Under the pieces are notes generated by a model that ran no database searches, was not told the origin of the DNA, and saw only the letters and a program-made list of their open reading frames with translations. A DNA stretch of 64,000 nucleotides from NCBI GenBank assembly GCA_964016885.1, contig CAXHJY010000096.1:1922001-1986000 (forward strand), written 5' to 3'. Made by a program: the position numbers and the translations under genes. Numbering within the stretch: position 1 is the stretch's first letter; each line of letters begins with the position of its first letter. Shown piece after piece: positions 35,501 through 47,600 of this stretch. This stretch comes from Eledone cirrhosa. Lineage: Eukaryota.

Positions 35501-38500
35501 GTCCAAGGGAAGATAATTTCCAGCCCTCCAAGGGGCTATAATTTCCAGTGTCCAAGGGGAGATAATTTCCAGCCAGCGAAGGGGAGATAATTTTTTTTAA
35601 AAAATCATTGGGAGATTTGTAAAAAAAATCAGGGGGAGATAATTTGTAAAAAAAATCAAGGGGAGATAATTTCCAGCCGTCCAAGGGGAGGTAATATCTA
35701 GCCGTCCAAGGGGAGATAATTTCCAGCCGTCCAAGGGGAGATAATTTCCAGCCGTCCCAGGGTAGATAATATCCAGCCGCCCAAGGACATATTTTCCAGC
35801 CGTCCAAGGAGAGGTAATTTCTAGCCGTCCAAGGGGAGATAAATTCCAGCCTCCAAGGGGAGATAATTTCCAGCCAGCCAAGGGGAGATAATTTGTAAAA
35901 AAATCAGGGGGAGATAATTTGTAAAAAAAATCAGGGGGAGATAATTTGTAAAAAAAAATCAGGGGGAGATAATTTGTAAAAAAAAATCAGGGGGAGATAA
36001 TTTGCAAAAAAAATCAGGGGGAGATAATTTGTAAAAAAAAATCAGGGGTAGATAATTTGTAAAAAAAAATCAGGGGGAGATAATTTGTAAAAAAAAAATC
36101 AGGGGGAGATAATTTGTAAAAAAAATCAAGGGGAGATAATTTCCAGCCGTCCAAGGAGAGATAATTTAAAAAAAAATCAGGCGGAGATAATTTGTAAAAA
36201 AAAATCAGGGGGAGATAATTTGTAAAAAAAATCAGGGGGAGATAATTTGTAAAAAAAAATCAGGGGTAGATAATTTGTAAAAAAAAATCAGGGGGAGATA
36301 ATTTGTAAAAAAAAATCAGGGGGAGATAATTTGTAAAAAAAATCAAGGGGAGATAATTTCCAGCCGTCCAAGGAGAGATAATTTTAAAAAAAATCAGGCG
36401 GAGATAATTTGTAAAAAAAAATTAGGGGGAGATAATTTGTAAAAAAAAATCAGGGGGAGATAATTTGTAAAAAAAATCAAGGGGAGATAATTTCCAGCCG
36501 TCCAAGGGGAGATAATTTTCAGCCGTCCAAGGGGAGATAATTTCCCGCCAGCCAAGGGAAGATAATATTCAAAAAAATCAGGCGGAGATAATTTGTAAAA
36601 AAAATCAGGGGGAGATAATTTGTAAAAAAATCAGGGGGAGATAATTTGTAAAAAAAAAAATCAGGGGGAGATAATTTGTAAAAAAAATCAGGGGGAGATA
36701 ATTTGTAAAAAAAAATCAGGGGTAGATAATTTGTAAAAAAAAATCAGGGGGAGATAATTTGTAAAAAAAAATCAGGGGGAGATAATTTGTAAAAAAAATG
36801 AAAGGGGAGATAATATCCAGCCGTCCAAGGGGAGATAATTTCCAGCCGTCCAAGGGGAGATAATTTCCAGCCGTCCAAGGGGAGATAATTTCCATCCTTC
36901 CAAGGGGATATAATTTCCAGCCGTCCAAGGGGAGATAATTTCCATCCTTCCAAGGGGATATAATTTCCAGCCGTCCAAGGGGAGATAATTTTCAGCCGTC
37001 CAAGGAGAGGTAATTTCTAGCCGTCCAAGGAGAGATAATTTCCAGCCGTCCAAGGGGAGATAATTTCCAGCCGTCCAAGGGGAGATAATTTCCAGCCGTC
37101 CAAGGAGACATATTTTCCAGCCGTCCAAGGAGAGGTAATTCCTAGCCGTCCAAGGGGAGATAAATTCCCGCCTCCAAGGGGAGATAATTTCCAGCCAGCC
37201 AAGGGGAGATAATTTGTAAAAAAAATCAGGGGGAGATAATTTGTAAAAAAAATCAGGGGGAGATAATTTGTAAAAAAAAATCAGGGGGAGATAATTTGTA
37301 AAAAATAATCAGGGGGAGATAATTTGTAAAAAAAATCAAGGGGAGATAATTTCCAGCCGTCCAAGGGGAGATAATTTTCAGCCGTCCAAGGGGAGATAAT
37401 TTCCCGCCAGCCAAGGGAAGATAATATTTAAAAAAATTAGGCGGAGATAATTTGTAAAAAAAATCAGGGGGAGATAATTTGTAAAAAAATCAGGGGGAGA
37501 TAATTTGTAAAAAAAATCAGGGGGAGATAATTTGTAAAAAAAATCAGGGGGAGATAATTTGTAAAAAAAAATCAGGGGGAGATAATTTGTAAAAAAAATC
37601 AAGGGGAGATAATTTCCAGCCGTCCAAGGGAAGATAATTTCCAGCCCTCCAAGGGGCTATAATTTCCAGCGTCCAAGGGGAGATAATTTCCAGCCAGCGA
37701 AGGGGAGATAATTTTTTTTAAAAAATCATTGGGAGATTTGTAAAAAAAATCAGGGGGAGATAATTTGTAAAAAAAATCAAGGGGAGATAATTTCCAGCCG
37801 TCCAAGGGGAGGTAATATCTAGCCGTCCAAGGGGAGATAATTTCCAGCCGTCCAAGGGGAGATAATTTCCAGCCGTCCAAGGGTAGATAATATCCAGCCG
37901 TCCAAGGACATATTTTCCAGCCGTCCAAGGAGAGGTAATTTCTAGCCGTCCAAGGGGAGATAAATTCCAGCCTCCAAGGTGAGATAATTTCCAGCCAGCC
38001 AAGGGGAGATAATTTGTAAAAAAATCAGGGGGAGATAATTTGTAAAAAAAATCAGGGGGAGATAATTTGTAAAAAAAAATCAGGGGGAGATAATTTGTAA
38101 AAAAAAATCAGGGGGAGATAATTTGTAAAAAAAAATCAGGGGGAGATAATTTGTAAAAAAATCAAGGGGAGATAATTTCCAGCCGTCCAAGGGGAGATAA
38201 TTTTCAGCCGTCCAAGGGGAGATAATTTCCCGCCAGCCAAGGGAAGATAATATTTGAAAAAATCAGGCGGAGATAATTTGTAAAAAAAATCAGGGGGAGA
38301 TAATTTGTAAAAAAATCAGGGGGAGATAATTTGTAAAAAAAAAATCAGGGGGAGATAATTTGTAAAAAGAATCAGGGGGAGATAATTTGTAAAAAAAAAT
38401 CAGGGGTAGATAAATTGTAAAAAAAAATCAGGGGGAGATAATTTGTAAAAAAAATCAGGGGGAGATAATTTGTAAAAAAAATGAAAGGGGAGATAATATC

Positions 38501-38999
38501 CAGCCGTCCAAGGGGAGATAATTTCCAGCCGTCCAAGGGGAGATAATTTCCAGCCGTCCAAGGGGAGATAATTTCCATCCTTCCAAGGGGATATAATTTC
38601 CAGCCGTCCAAGGGGAGATAATTTCCCGCCAGCCAAGGGAAGATAATTTTTAAAAAAATCAGGCGGAGATTGTAAAAAAAATCAGGGGGGAGATAATTTG
38701 TAAAAAAATCAGGGGGAGATAATTTGTAAAAAAAAATCAGGGGGAGATAATTTGTAAAAAATAATCAGGGGGAGATAATTTGTAAAAAAAAATCAAGGGG
38801 AGATAATTTCCAGCCGTCCAAGGGGAGATAATTTCCCGCCAGCCAAGGGAAGATAATATTTAAAAAAATTAGGCGGAGATAATTTGTAAAAAAAATCAGG
38901 GGGAGATAATTTGTAAAAAAATCAGGGGGAGATAATTTGTAAAAAAAATCAGGGGGAGATAATTTGTAAAAAAATTCATGGGGAGATAATTTGTAAAAA

Positions 39000-41654
39000 A
39001 AAATCAGGGGTAGATAATTTGTAAAAAAAAATCAGGGGGAGATAATTTGTAAAAAAAAATCAGGGGGAGATAATTTGTAAAAAAAATCAAGGGGAGATAA
39101 TTTCCAGCCGTCCAAGGGGAGATAATTTTCAGCCGTCCAAGGAGAGGTAATTTCTAGCCGTCCAAGGGGAGATAATTTCCAGCCGTCCAAGGGGAGGTAA
39201 TTTCCAGCCGTCCAAGGGGAGATAATTTAAAAAAAAAAATCAGGCGGAGATAATTTGTAAAAAAAATCAAGGGGAGATAATTTGCAGCCGTCCAAGGGGA
39301 GATAATTTTCAGTCGTCCAAGGAGAGGTAATTTCTAGCCGTCCAAGGGGAGATAATTGCCAGCCGTCCAAGGGGAGATAATTTCCAGCCGTCCAAGGGGA
39401 GATAATTTTTTTTAAAAAATCAGGCGGAGATAATTTGTAAAAAAAATCAGGGGGAGATAATTTGTAAACAAAATCAGGGGGAGATAATTTGTAAAAAAAA
39501 ATCAGGGGGAGATAATTTGTAAAAAAAATCATGGAGAGATAATTTCCAGCCGTCCAAGGTGAGATAATTTCCAGCCTTCCAAGGAGACATATTTTCCAGC
39601 CGTCCAAGGCGAGGTAATTTCTAGCCGTCCAAGGGGAGATAAATTCCAGCCTCCAAGGGGAGATAATTTCCAGCTAGCCAAGTGGAGATAATTTGTAAAA
39701 AAATCAGGGGGAGATAATTTGTAAAAAATATCAGGGAGATAATTTGTAAAAAAAATCAGGGGGAGATAATTTGTAAAAAAAATCAGGGGGAGATAATTTG
39801 TAAAAAAAAATCAGGGGGAGATAATTTGTAAAAAAAATCAAGGGGAGATAATTTCCAGCCGTCCAAGGGGAGATAATTTTCAGCCGTCCAAGGGGAGATA
39901 ATTTCCCGCCAGCCAAGGGAAGAAAATATTTAAAAAAATCAGGCGGAGATAATTTGTAAAAAAAATCAGGGGGAGATAATTTGTAAAAAAATCAGGGGGA
40001 GATAATTTGTAAAAAAAAAATCAGGGGGAGATAATTTGTAAAAAAAATCAGGGGGAGATAATTTGTAAAAAAAAATCAGGGATAGATAATTTGTAAACAA
40101 AAATCAGGGGGAGATAATTTGTAAAAAAAAATCAGGGGGAGATAATTTGTAAAAAAAATGAAAGGGGAGATAATATCCAGCCGTCCAAGGGGAGATAATT
40201 TCCAGCCGTCCAAGGGGATATAATTTCCAGCCGTCCAAGGGGAGATAATTTCCATCCTTCCAAGGGGATATAATTTCCAGCCGTCCAAGGGGAGATAATT
40301 TCCCGCCAGCCAAGGGAAGATAATTTTTAAAAAAATCAGGCGGAGATTGTAAAAAAAATCAGGGGGGAGATAATTTGTAAAAAAATCAGGGGGAGATAAT
40401 TTGTAAAAAATAATCAGGGGGAGATAATTTGTAAAAAAATTCAAGGGGAGATAATTTCCAGCCGTCCAAGGGGAGATAATTTCCCGCCAGCCAAGGGAAG
40501 ATAATATTTAAAAAAATTAGGCGGAGATAATTTGTAAAAAAAATCAGGGGGAGATAATTTGTAAAAAAATCAGGGGGAGATAATTTGTAAAAAAAATCAG
40601 GGGGAGATAATTTGTAAAAAAAATCATGGGGAGATAATTTGTAAAAAAAAATCAGGGGTAGATAATTTGTAAAAAAAAATCAGGGGGAGATAATTTGTAA
40701 AAAAAAATCAGGGGGAGATAATTTGTAAAAAAAATCAAGGGGAGATAATATCCAGCCGTCCAAGGAGAGATAATTTAAAAAAAAAATGAGGCGGAGATAA
40801 TTTGTAAAAAAAAAATCAGGGGGAGTTAATTTGTAAAAAAAAATGAGGGGGAGATAATTTGTAAAAAAAATCAAGGGGAGATAATTTCCAGCCGTCCAAG
40901 GGGAGATAATTTTCAGCCGTCCAAGGAGAGGTAATTTCTAGCCGTCCAAGGGGAGATAATTTCCAGCCGTCCAAGGGGAGGTAATTTCCAGCCGTCCAAG
41001 GGGAGATAATTTAAAAAAAAAAATCAGGCGGAGATAATTTGTAAAAAAAATCAAGGGGAGATAATTTGCAGCCGTCCAAGGGGAGATAATTTTCAGTCGT
41101 CCAAGGAGAGGTAATTTCTAGCCGTCCAAGGGGAGATAATTTCCAGCCGTCCAAGGGGAGATAATTTCCAGCCGTCCAAGGGGAGATAATTTTTTTTAAA
41201 AAATCAGGCGGAGATAATTTGTAAAAAAAATCAGGGGGAGATAATTTGTAAACAAAATCAGGGGGAGATAATTTGTAAAAAAAAATCAGGGGGAGATAAT
41301 TTGTAAAAAAAATTAGGCGTAGATAATTTGTAAAAAAAAATCAGGGGGAGATAATTTGTAAAAAAAAATCAGGGGGAGATAATTTGTTTAAAAAATCAAG
41401 GGGAGATAATTTGCAGCCGTCCAAGGGGAGATAATTTTCAGCCGTCCAAGGAGAGGTAATTTCTAGCCGTTCAAGGGGAGATAATTTCCAGCCGTCCAAG
41501 GGGAGATAATTTTTTTTAAAAAATCAGGCGGAGATAATTTGTAAAAAAAAATCAGGGGGAGATAATTCGTAAAAAAAAATCAGGGGGAGATAATTTGTAA
41601 AAAAAAATCAGGGGGAGATAATTTGTAAAAAAAATCAAGGGGAGATAATTTCCA
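39000..41654 (+). repeat. Diverged copy of ~31,900-34,650 (offset ~7,080 falling to ~7,006)
   Basis: ORF pair 32996/40076 (7,080); gggagttaat at ~33,791 and ~40,821 (7,030); tcgtaaa at 34,561 and 41,567 (7,006). Confidence 0.82.
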
Positions 41655-44600
41655 TCCTTCCAAGGGGATATAATTTCCAGCCGTCCAAGGGGAGATAATT
41701 TTCAGCCGTCCAAGGAGAGGTAATTTCTAGCCGTCCAAGGAGAGATAATTTCCAGCCGTCCAAGGGGAGATAATTTCCAGCCGTCCAAGGGGAGATAATT
41801 TCCAGCCGTCCAAGGAGACATATTTTCCAGCCGTCCAAGGAGAGGTAATTCCTAGCCGTCCAAGGGGAGATAAATTCCAGCCTCCAAGGGGAGATAATTT
41901 GTAAAAAAAATCAGGCGGAGATAATTTGTAAAAAAAATCAGGGGGAGATAATTTGTAAAAAAAATCAGGGGGAGATAATTTGTAAAAAAAAATCAGGGGT
42001 AGATAATTTGTAAAAAATAATCAGGGGGAGATAATTTGTAAAAAAAATCAAGGGGAGATAATTTCCAGCCGTCCAAGGGGAGATAATTTTCAGCCGTCCA
42101 AGGGGAGATAATTTCCCGCCAGCCAAGGGAAGATAATATTTAAAAAAATTAGGCGGAGATAATTTGTAAAAAAAATCAGGGGGAGATAATTTGTAAAAAA
42201 ATCAGGGGGAGATAATTTGTAAAAAAAATCAGGGGGAGATAATTTGTAAAAAAAATCAGGGGGAGATAATTTGTAAAAAAAAATCAGGGGGAGATAATTT
42301 GTAAAAAAAATCAAGGGGAGATAATTTCCAGCCGTCCAAGGGAAGATAATTTCCAGCCCTCCAAGGGGCTATAATTTCCAGCGTCCAAGGGGAGATAATT
42401 TCCAGCCAGCGAAGGGGAGATAATTTTTTTAAAAAAATCATTGGGAGATTTGTAAAAAAAATCAGGGGGAGATAATTTGTAAAAAAAATCAAGGGGAGAT
42501 AATTTCCAGCCGTCCAAGGGGAGGTAATATCTAGCCGTCCAAGGGGAGATAATTTCCAGCCGTCCAAGGGGAGATAATTTCCAGCCGTCCAAGGGTAGAT
42601 AATATCCAGCCGTCCAAGGACATATTTTCCAGCCGTCCAAGGAGAGGTAATTTCTAGCCGTCCAAGGGGAGATAAATTCCAGCCTCCAAGGTGAGATAAT
42701 TTCCAGCCAGCCAAGGGGAGATAATTTGTAAAAAAATCAGGGGGAGATAATTTGTAAAAAAAATCAGGGGGAGATAATTTGTAAAAAAAAATCAGGGGGA
42801 GATAATTTGTAAAAAAAAATCAGGGGGAGATAATTTGTAAAAAAAAATCAGGGGGAGATAATTTGTAAAAAAATCAAGGGGAGATAATTTCCAGCCGTCC
42901 AAGGGGAGATAATTTCCCGCCAGCCAAGGGAAGATAATATTTGAAAAAATCAGGCGGAGATAATTTGTAAAAAAAATCAGGGGGAGATAATTTGTAAAAA
43001 AATCAGGGGGAGATAATTTGTAAAAAAAAAATCATGGGGAGATAATTTGTAAAAAAAATCAGGGGGAGATAATTTGTAAAAAAAAATCAGGGGTAGATAA
43101 ATTGTAAAAAAAAATCAGGGGGAGATAATTTGTAAAAAAAATCAGGGGGAGATAATTTGTAAAAAAAATGAAAGGGGAGATAATATCCAGCCGTCCAAGG
43201 GGAGATAATTTCCAGCCGTCCAAGGGGAGATAATTTCCAGCCGTCCAAGGGGAGATAATTTCCATCCTTCCAAGGGGATATAATTTCCAGCCGTCCAAGG
43301 GGAGATAATTTCCCGCCAGCCAAGGGAAGATAATTTTTAAAAAAATCAGGCGGAGATTGTAAAAAAAATCAGGGGGGAGATAATTTGTAAAAAAATCAGG
43401 GGGAGATAATTTGTAAAAAAAAATCAGGGGGAGATAATTTGTAAAAAATAATCAGGGGGAGATAATTTGTAAAAAAAAATCAAGGGGAGATAATTTCCAG
43501 CCGTCCAAGGGGAGGTAATATCTAGCCGTCCAAGGGGAGATAATTTCCAGCCGTCCAACGGGAGATAATTTCCAGCCGTCCATGGGTAGATAATATCCAG
43601 CCGCCCAAGGACATATTTTCCAGCCGTCCAAGGAGAGGTAATTTCTAGCCGTCCAAGGGGAGATAATTACAGCCGTCCAAGGGTAGATAATATCCAGCCG
43701 TCCAAGGACATATTTTCCAGCCGTCCAAGGAGAGGTAATTTCTAGCCGTCCAAGGGGAGATAAATTCCAGCCTCCAAGGGGAGATAATTTCCAGCCAGCC
43801 AAGGGGAGATAATTTGTAAAAAAATCAGGGGGAGATAATTTGTAAAAAAAATCAGGGGGAGATAATTTGTAAAAAAAAATCAGGGGGAGATAATTTGTAA
43901 AAAAAAATCAGGGGGAGATAATTTGCAAAAAAAATCAGGGGGAGATAATTTGTAAAAAAAAATCAGGGGTAGATAATTTGTAAAAAAAAATCAGGGGGAG
44001 ATAATTTGTAAAAAAAAATCAGGGGGAGATAATTTGTAAAAAAAATCAAGGGGAGATAATTTCCAGCCGTCCAAGGGAAGATAATTTCCAGCCCTCCAAG
44101 GGGCTATAATTTCCAGCGTCCAAGGGGAGATAATTTCCAGCCAGCGAAGGGGAGATAATTTTTTTTAAAAAATCATTGGGAGATTTGTAAAAAAAATCAG
44201 GGGGAGATAATTTGTAAAAAAAATCAAGGGGAGATAATTTCCAGCCGTCCAAGGGGAGGTAATATCTAGCCGTCCAAGGGGAGATAATTTCCAGCCGTCC
44301 AACGGGAGATAATTTCCAGCCGTCCATGGGTAGATAATATCCAGCCGCCCAAGGACATATTTTCCAGCCGTCCAAGGAGAGGTAATTTCTAGCCGTCCAA
44401 GGGGAGATAATTTCCAGCCGTCCAAGGGTAGATAATATCCAGCCGTCCAAGGACATATTTTCCAGCCGTCCAAGGAGAGGTAATTTCTAGCCGTCCAAGG
44501 GGAGATAAATTCCAGCCTCCAAGGGGAGATAATTTCCAGCCAGCCAAGGGGAGATAATTTGTAAAAAAATCAGGGGGAGATAATTTGTAAAAAAAATCAG

Positions 44601-47600
44601 GGGGAGATAATTTGTAAAAAAAAATCAGGGGGAGATAATTTGTAAAAAAAATCAGGGGGAGATAATTTGCAAAAAAAATCAGGGGGAGATAATTTGTAAA
44701 AAAAAATCAGGGGTAGATAATTTGTAAAAAAAAATCAGGGGGAGATAATTTGTAAAAAAAAATCAGGGGGAGATAATTTGTAAAAAAAATCAAGGGGAGA
44801 TAATTTCCAGCCGTCCAAGGAGAGATAATTTTAAAAAAAATCAGGCGGAGATAATTTGTAAAAAAAAATCAGGGGGAGATAATTTGTAAAAAAAATCAGG
44901 GGGAGATAATTTGTAAAAAAAAATCAGGGGTAGATAATTTGTAAAAAAAAATCAGGGGGAGATAATTTGTAAAAAAAAATCAGGGGGAGATAATTTGTAA
45001 AAAAAATCAAGGGGAGATAATTTCCAGCCGTCCAAGGAGAGATAATTTAAAAAAAAATCAGGGGGAGATAATTTGTAAAAAAAATCAAGGGGAGATAATT
45101 TCCAGCCGTCCAAGGGGAGATAATTTTCAGCCGTCCAAGGGGAGATAATTTCCCGCCAGCCAAGGGAAGATAATATTCAAAAAAATCAGGCGGAGATAAT
45201 TTGTAAAAAAAATCAGGGGGAGATAATTTGTAAAAAAATCAGGGGGAGATAATTTGTAAAAAAAAAAATCAGGGGGAGATAATTTGTAAAAAAAATCAGG
45301 GGGAGATAATTTGTAAAAAAAAAATCAGGGGTAGATAATTTGTAAAAAAAAATCAGGGGGAGATAATTTGTAAAAAAAAATCAGGGGGAGATAATTTGTA
45401 AAAAAAATGAAAGGGGAGATAATATCCAGCCGTCCAAGGGGAGATAATTTCCAGCCGTCCAAGGGGAGATAATTTCCAGCCGTCCAAGGGGAGATAATTT
45501 CCATCCTTCCAAGGGGATATAATTTCCAGCCGTCCAAGGGGAGATAATTTCCATCCTTCCAAGGGGATATAATTTCCAGCCGTCCAAGGGGAGATAATTT
45601 TCAGCCGTCCAAGGAGAGGTAATTTCTAGCCGTCCAAGGAGAGATAATTTCCAGCCGTCCAAGGGGAGATAATTTCCAGCCGTCCAAGGGGAGATAATTT
45701 CCAGCCGTCCAAGGAGACATATTTTCCAGCCGTCCAAGGAGAGGTAATTCCTAGCCGTCCAAGGGGAGATAAATTCCAGCCTCCAAGGGGAGATAATTTC
45801 CAGCCAGCCAAGGGGAGATAATTTGTAAAAAAAATCAGGGGGAGATAATTTGTAAAAAAAATCAGGGGGAGATAATTTGTAAAGAAATCAGGGGGAGATA
45901 ATTTGTAAAAAAAATCAGGGGGAGATAATTTGTAAAAAAAATCAGGGGGAGATAATTTGTAAAAAAAAATCAGGGGGAGATAATTTGTAAAAAAAATCAA
46001 GGGGAGATAATTTCCAGCCGTCCAAGGGAAGATAATTTCCAGCCCTCCAAGGGGCTATAATTTCCAGCGTCCAAGGGGAGATAATTTCCAGCCAGCGAAG
46101 GGGAGATAATTTTTTTAAAAAAATCATTGGGAGATTTGTAAAAAAATCAGGGGGAGATAATTTGTAAAAAAAATCAAGGGGAGATAATTACCAGCCGTCC
46201 AAGGGGAGGTAATATCTAGCCGTCCAAGGGGTGATAATTTCCAGCCGTCCAAGGGGAGATAATTTCCAGCCGTCCAAGGGTAGATAATATCCAGCCGTCC
46301 AAGGACATATTTTCCAGCCGTCCAAGGAGAGGTAATTTCTAGCCGTCCAAGGGGAGATAAATTCCAGCCTCCAAGGTGAGATAATTTCCAGCCAGCCAAG
46401 GGGAGATAATTTGTAAAAAAAAATCAGGGGGAGATAATTTGTAAAAAAAATCAAGGGGAGATAATTTCCAGCCGTCCAAGGGGAGATAATTTTCAGCCGT
46501 CCAAGGGGAGATAATTTCCCGCCAGCCAAGGGAAGATAATATTTAAAAAAATCAGGCGGAGATAATTTGTAAAAAAAATCAGGGGGAGATAATTTGTAAA
46601 AAAATCAGGGGGAGATAATTTGTAAAAAAAAAATCAGGGGGAGATAATTTGTAAAAAAAATCAGGGGGAGATAATTTGTAAAAAAAAATCAGGGGTAGAT
46701 GAATTGTAAAAAAAAATCAGGGGGAGATAATTTGTAAAAAAAATCAGGGGGAGATAATTTGTAAAAAAAATGAAAGGGGAGATAATATCCAGCCGTCCAA
46801 GGGGAGATAATTTCCAGCCGTCCAAGGGGAGATAATTTCCAGCCGTCCAAGGGGAGATAATTTCCATCCTTCCAAGGGGATATAATTTCCAGCCGTCCAA
46901 GGGGAGATAATTTCCCGCCAGCCAAGGGAAGATAATATTTAAAAAAATTAGGCGGAGATAATTTGTAAAAAAAATCAGGGGGAGATAATTTGTAAAAAAT
47001 CAGGGGGAGATAATTTGTAAAAAAAATCAGGGGGAGATAATTTGTAAAAAAAATCATGGGGAGATAATTTGTAAAAAAAAATCAGGGGTAGATAATTTGT
47101 AAAAAAAAATCAGGGGGAGATAATTTGTAAAAAAAAATCAGGGGGAGATAATTTGTAAAAAAAATCAAGGGGAGATAATTTCCAGCCGTCCAAGGGGAGA
47201 TAATTTTCAGCCGTCCAAGGAGAGGTAATTTCTAGCCGTCCAAGGGGAGATAATTTCCAGCCGTCCAAGGGGAGGTAATTTCCAGCCGTCCAAGGGGAGA
47301 TAATTTTAAAAAAAAAATCAGGCGGAGATAATTTGTAAAAAAAATCAAGGGGAGATAATTTGCAGCCGTCCAAGGGAAGATAATTTTCAGTCGTCCAAGG
47401 AGAGGTAATTTCTAGCCGTCCAAGGGGAGATAATTGCCAGCCGTCCAAGGGGAGATAATTTCCAGCCGTCCAAGGGGAGATAATTTTTTTTAAAAAATCA
47501 GGCGGAGATAATTTGTAAAAAAAATCAGGGGGAGATAATTTGTAAACAAAATCAGGGGGAGATAATTTGTAAAAAAAAATCAGGGGTAGATAATTTGTAA

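Larger units (their letters stand above)
12829..41635 (+). repeat. First copy of a 28,807-bp tandem duplication unit
   Basis: Constant 28,807 offset for ORF pairs 13283/42090, 14252/43059, 19390/48197, 26436/55243 and 32996/61803; offset is 28,808 from 34546/63354 onward. Confidence 0.93.
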
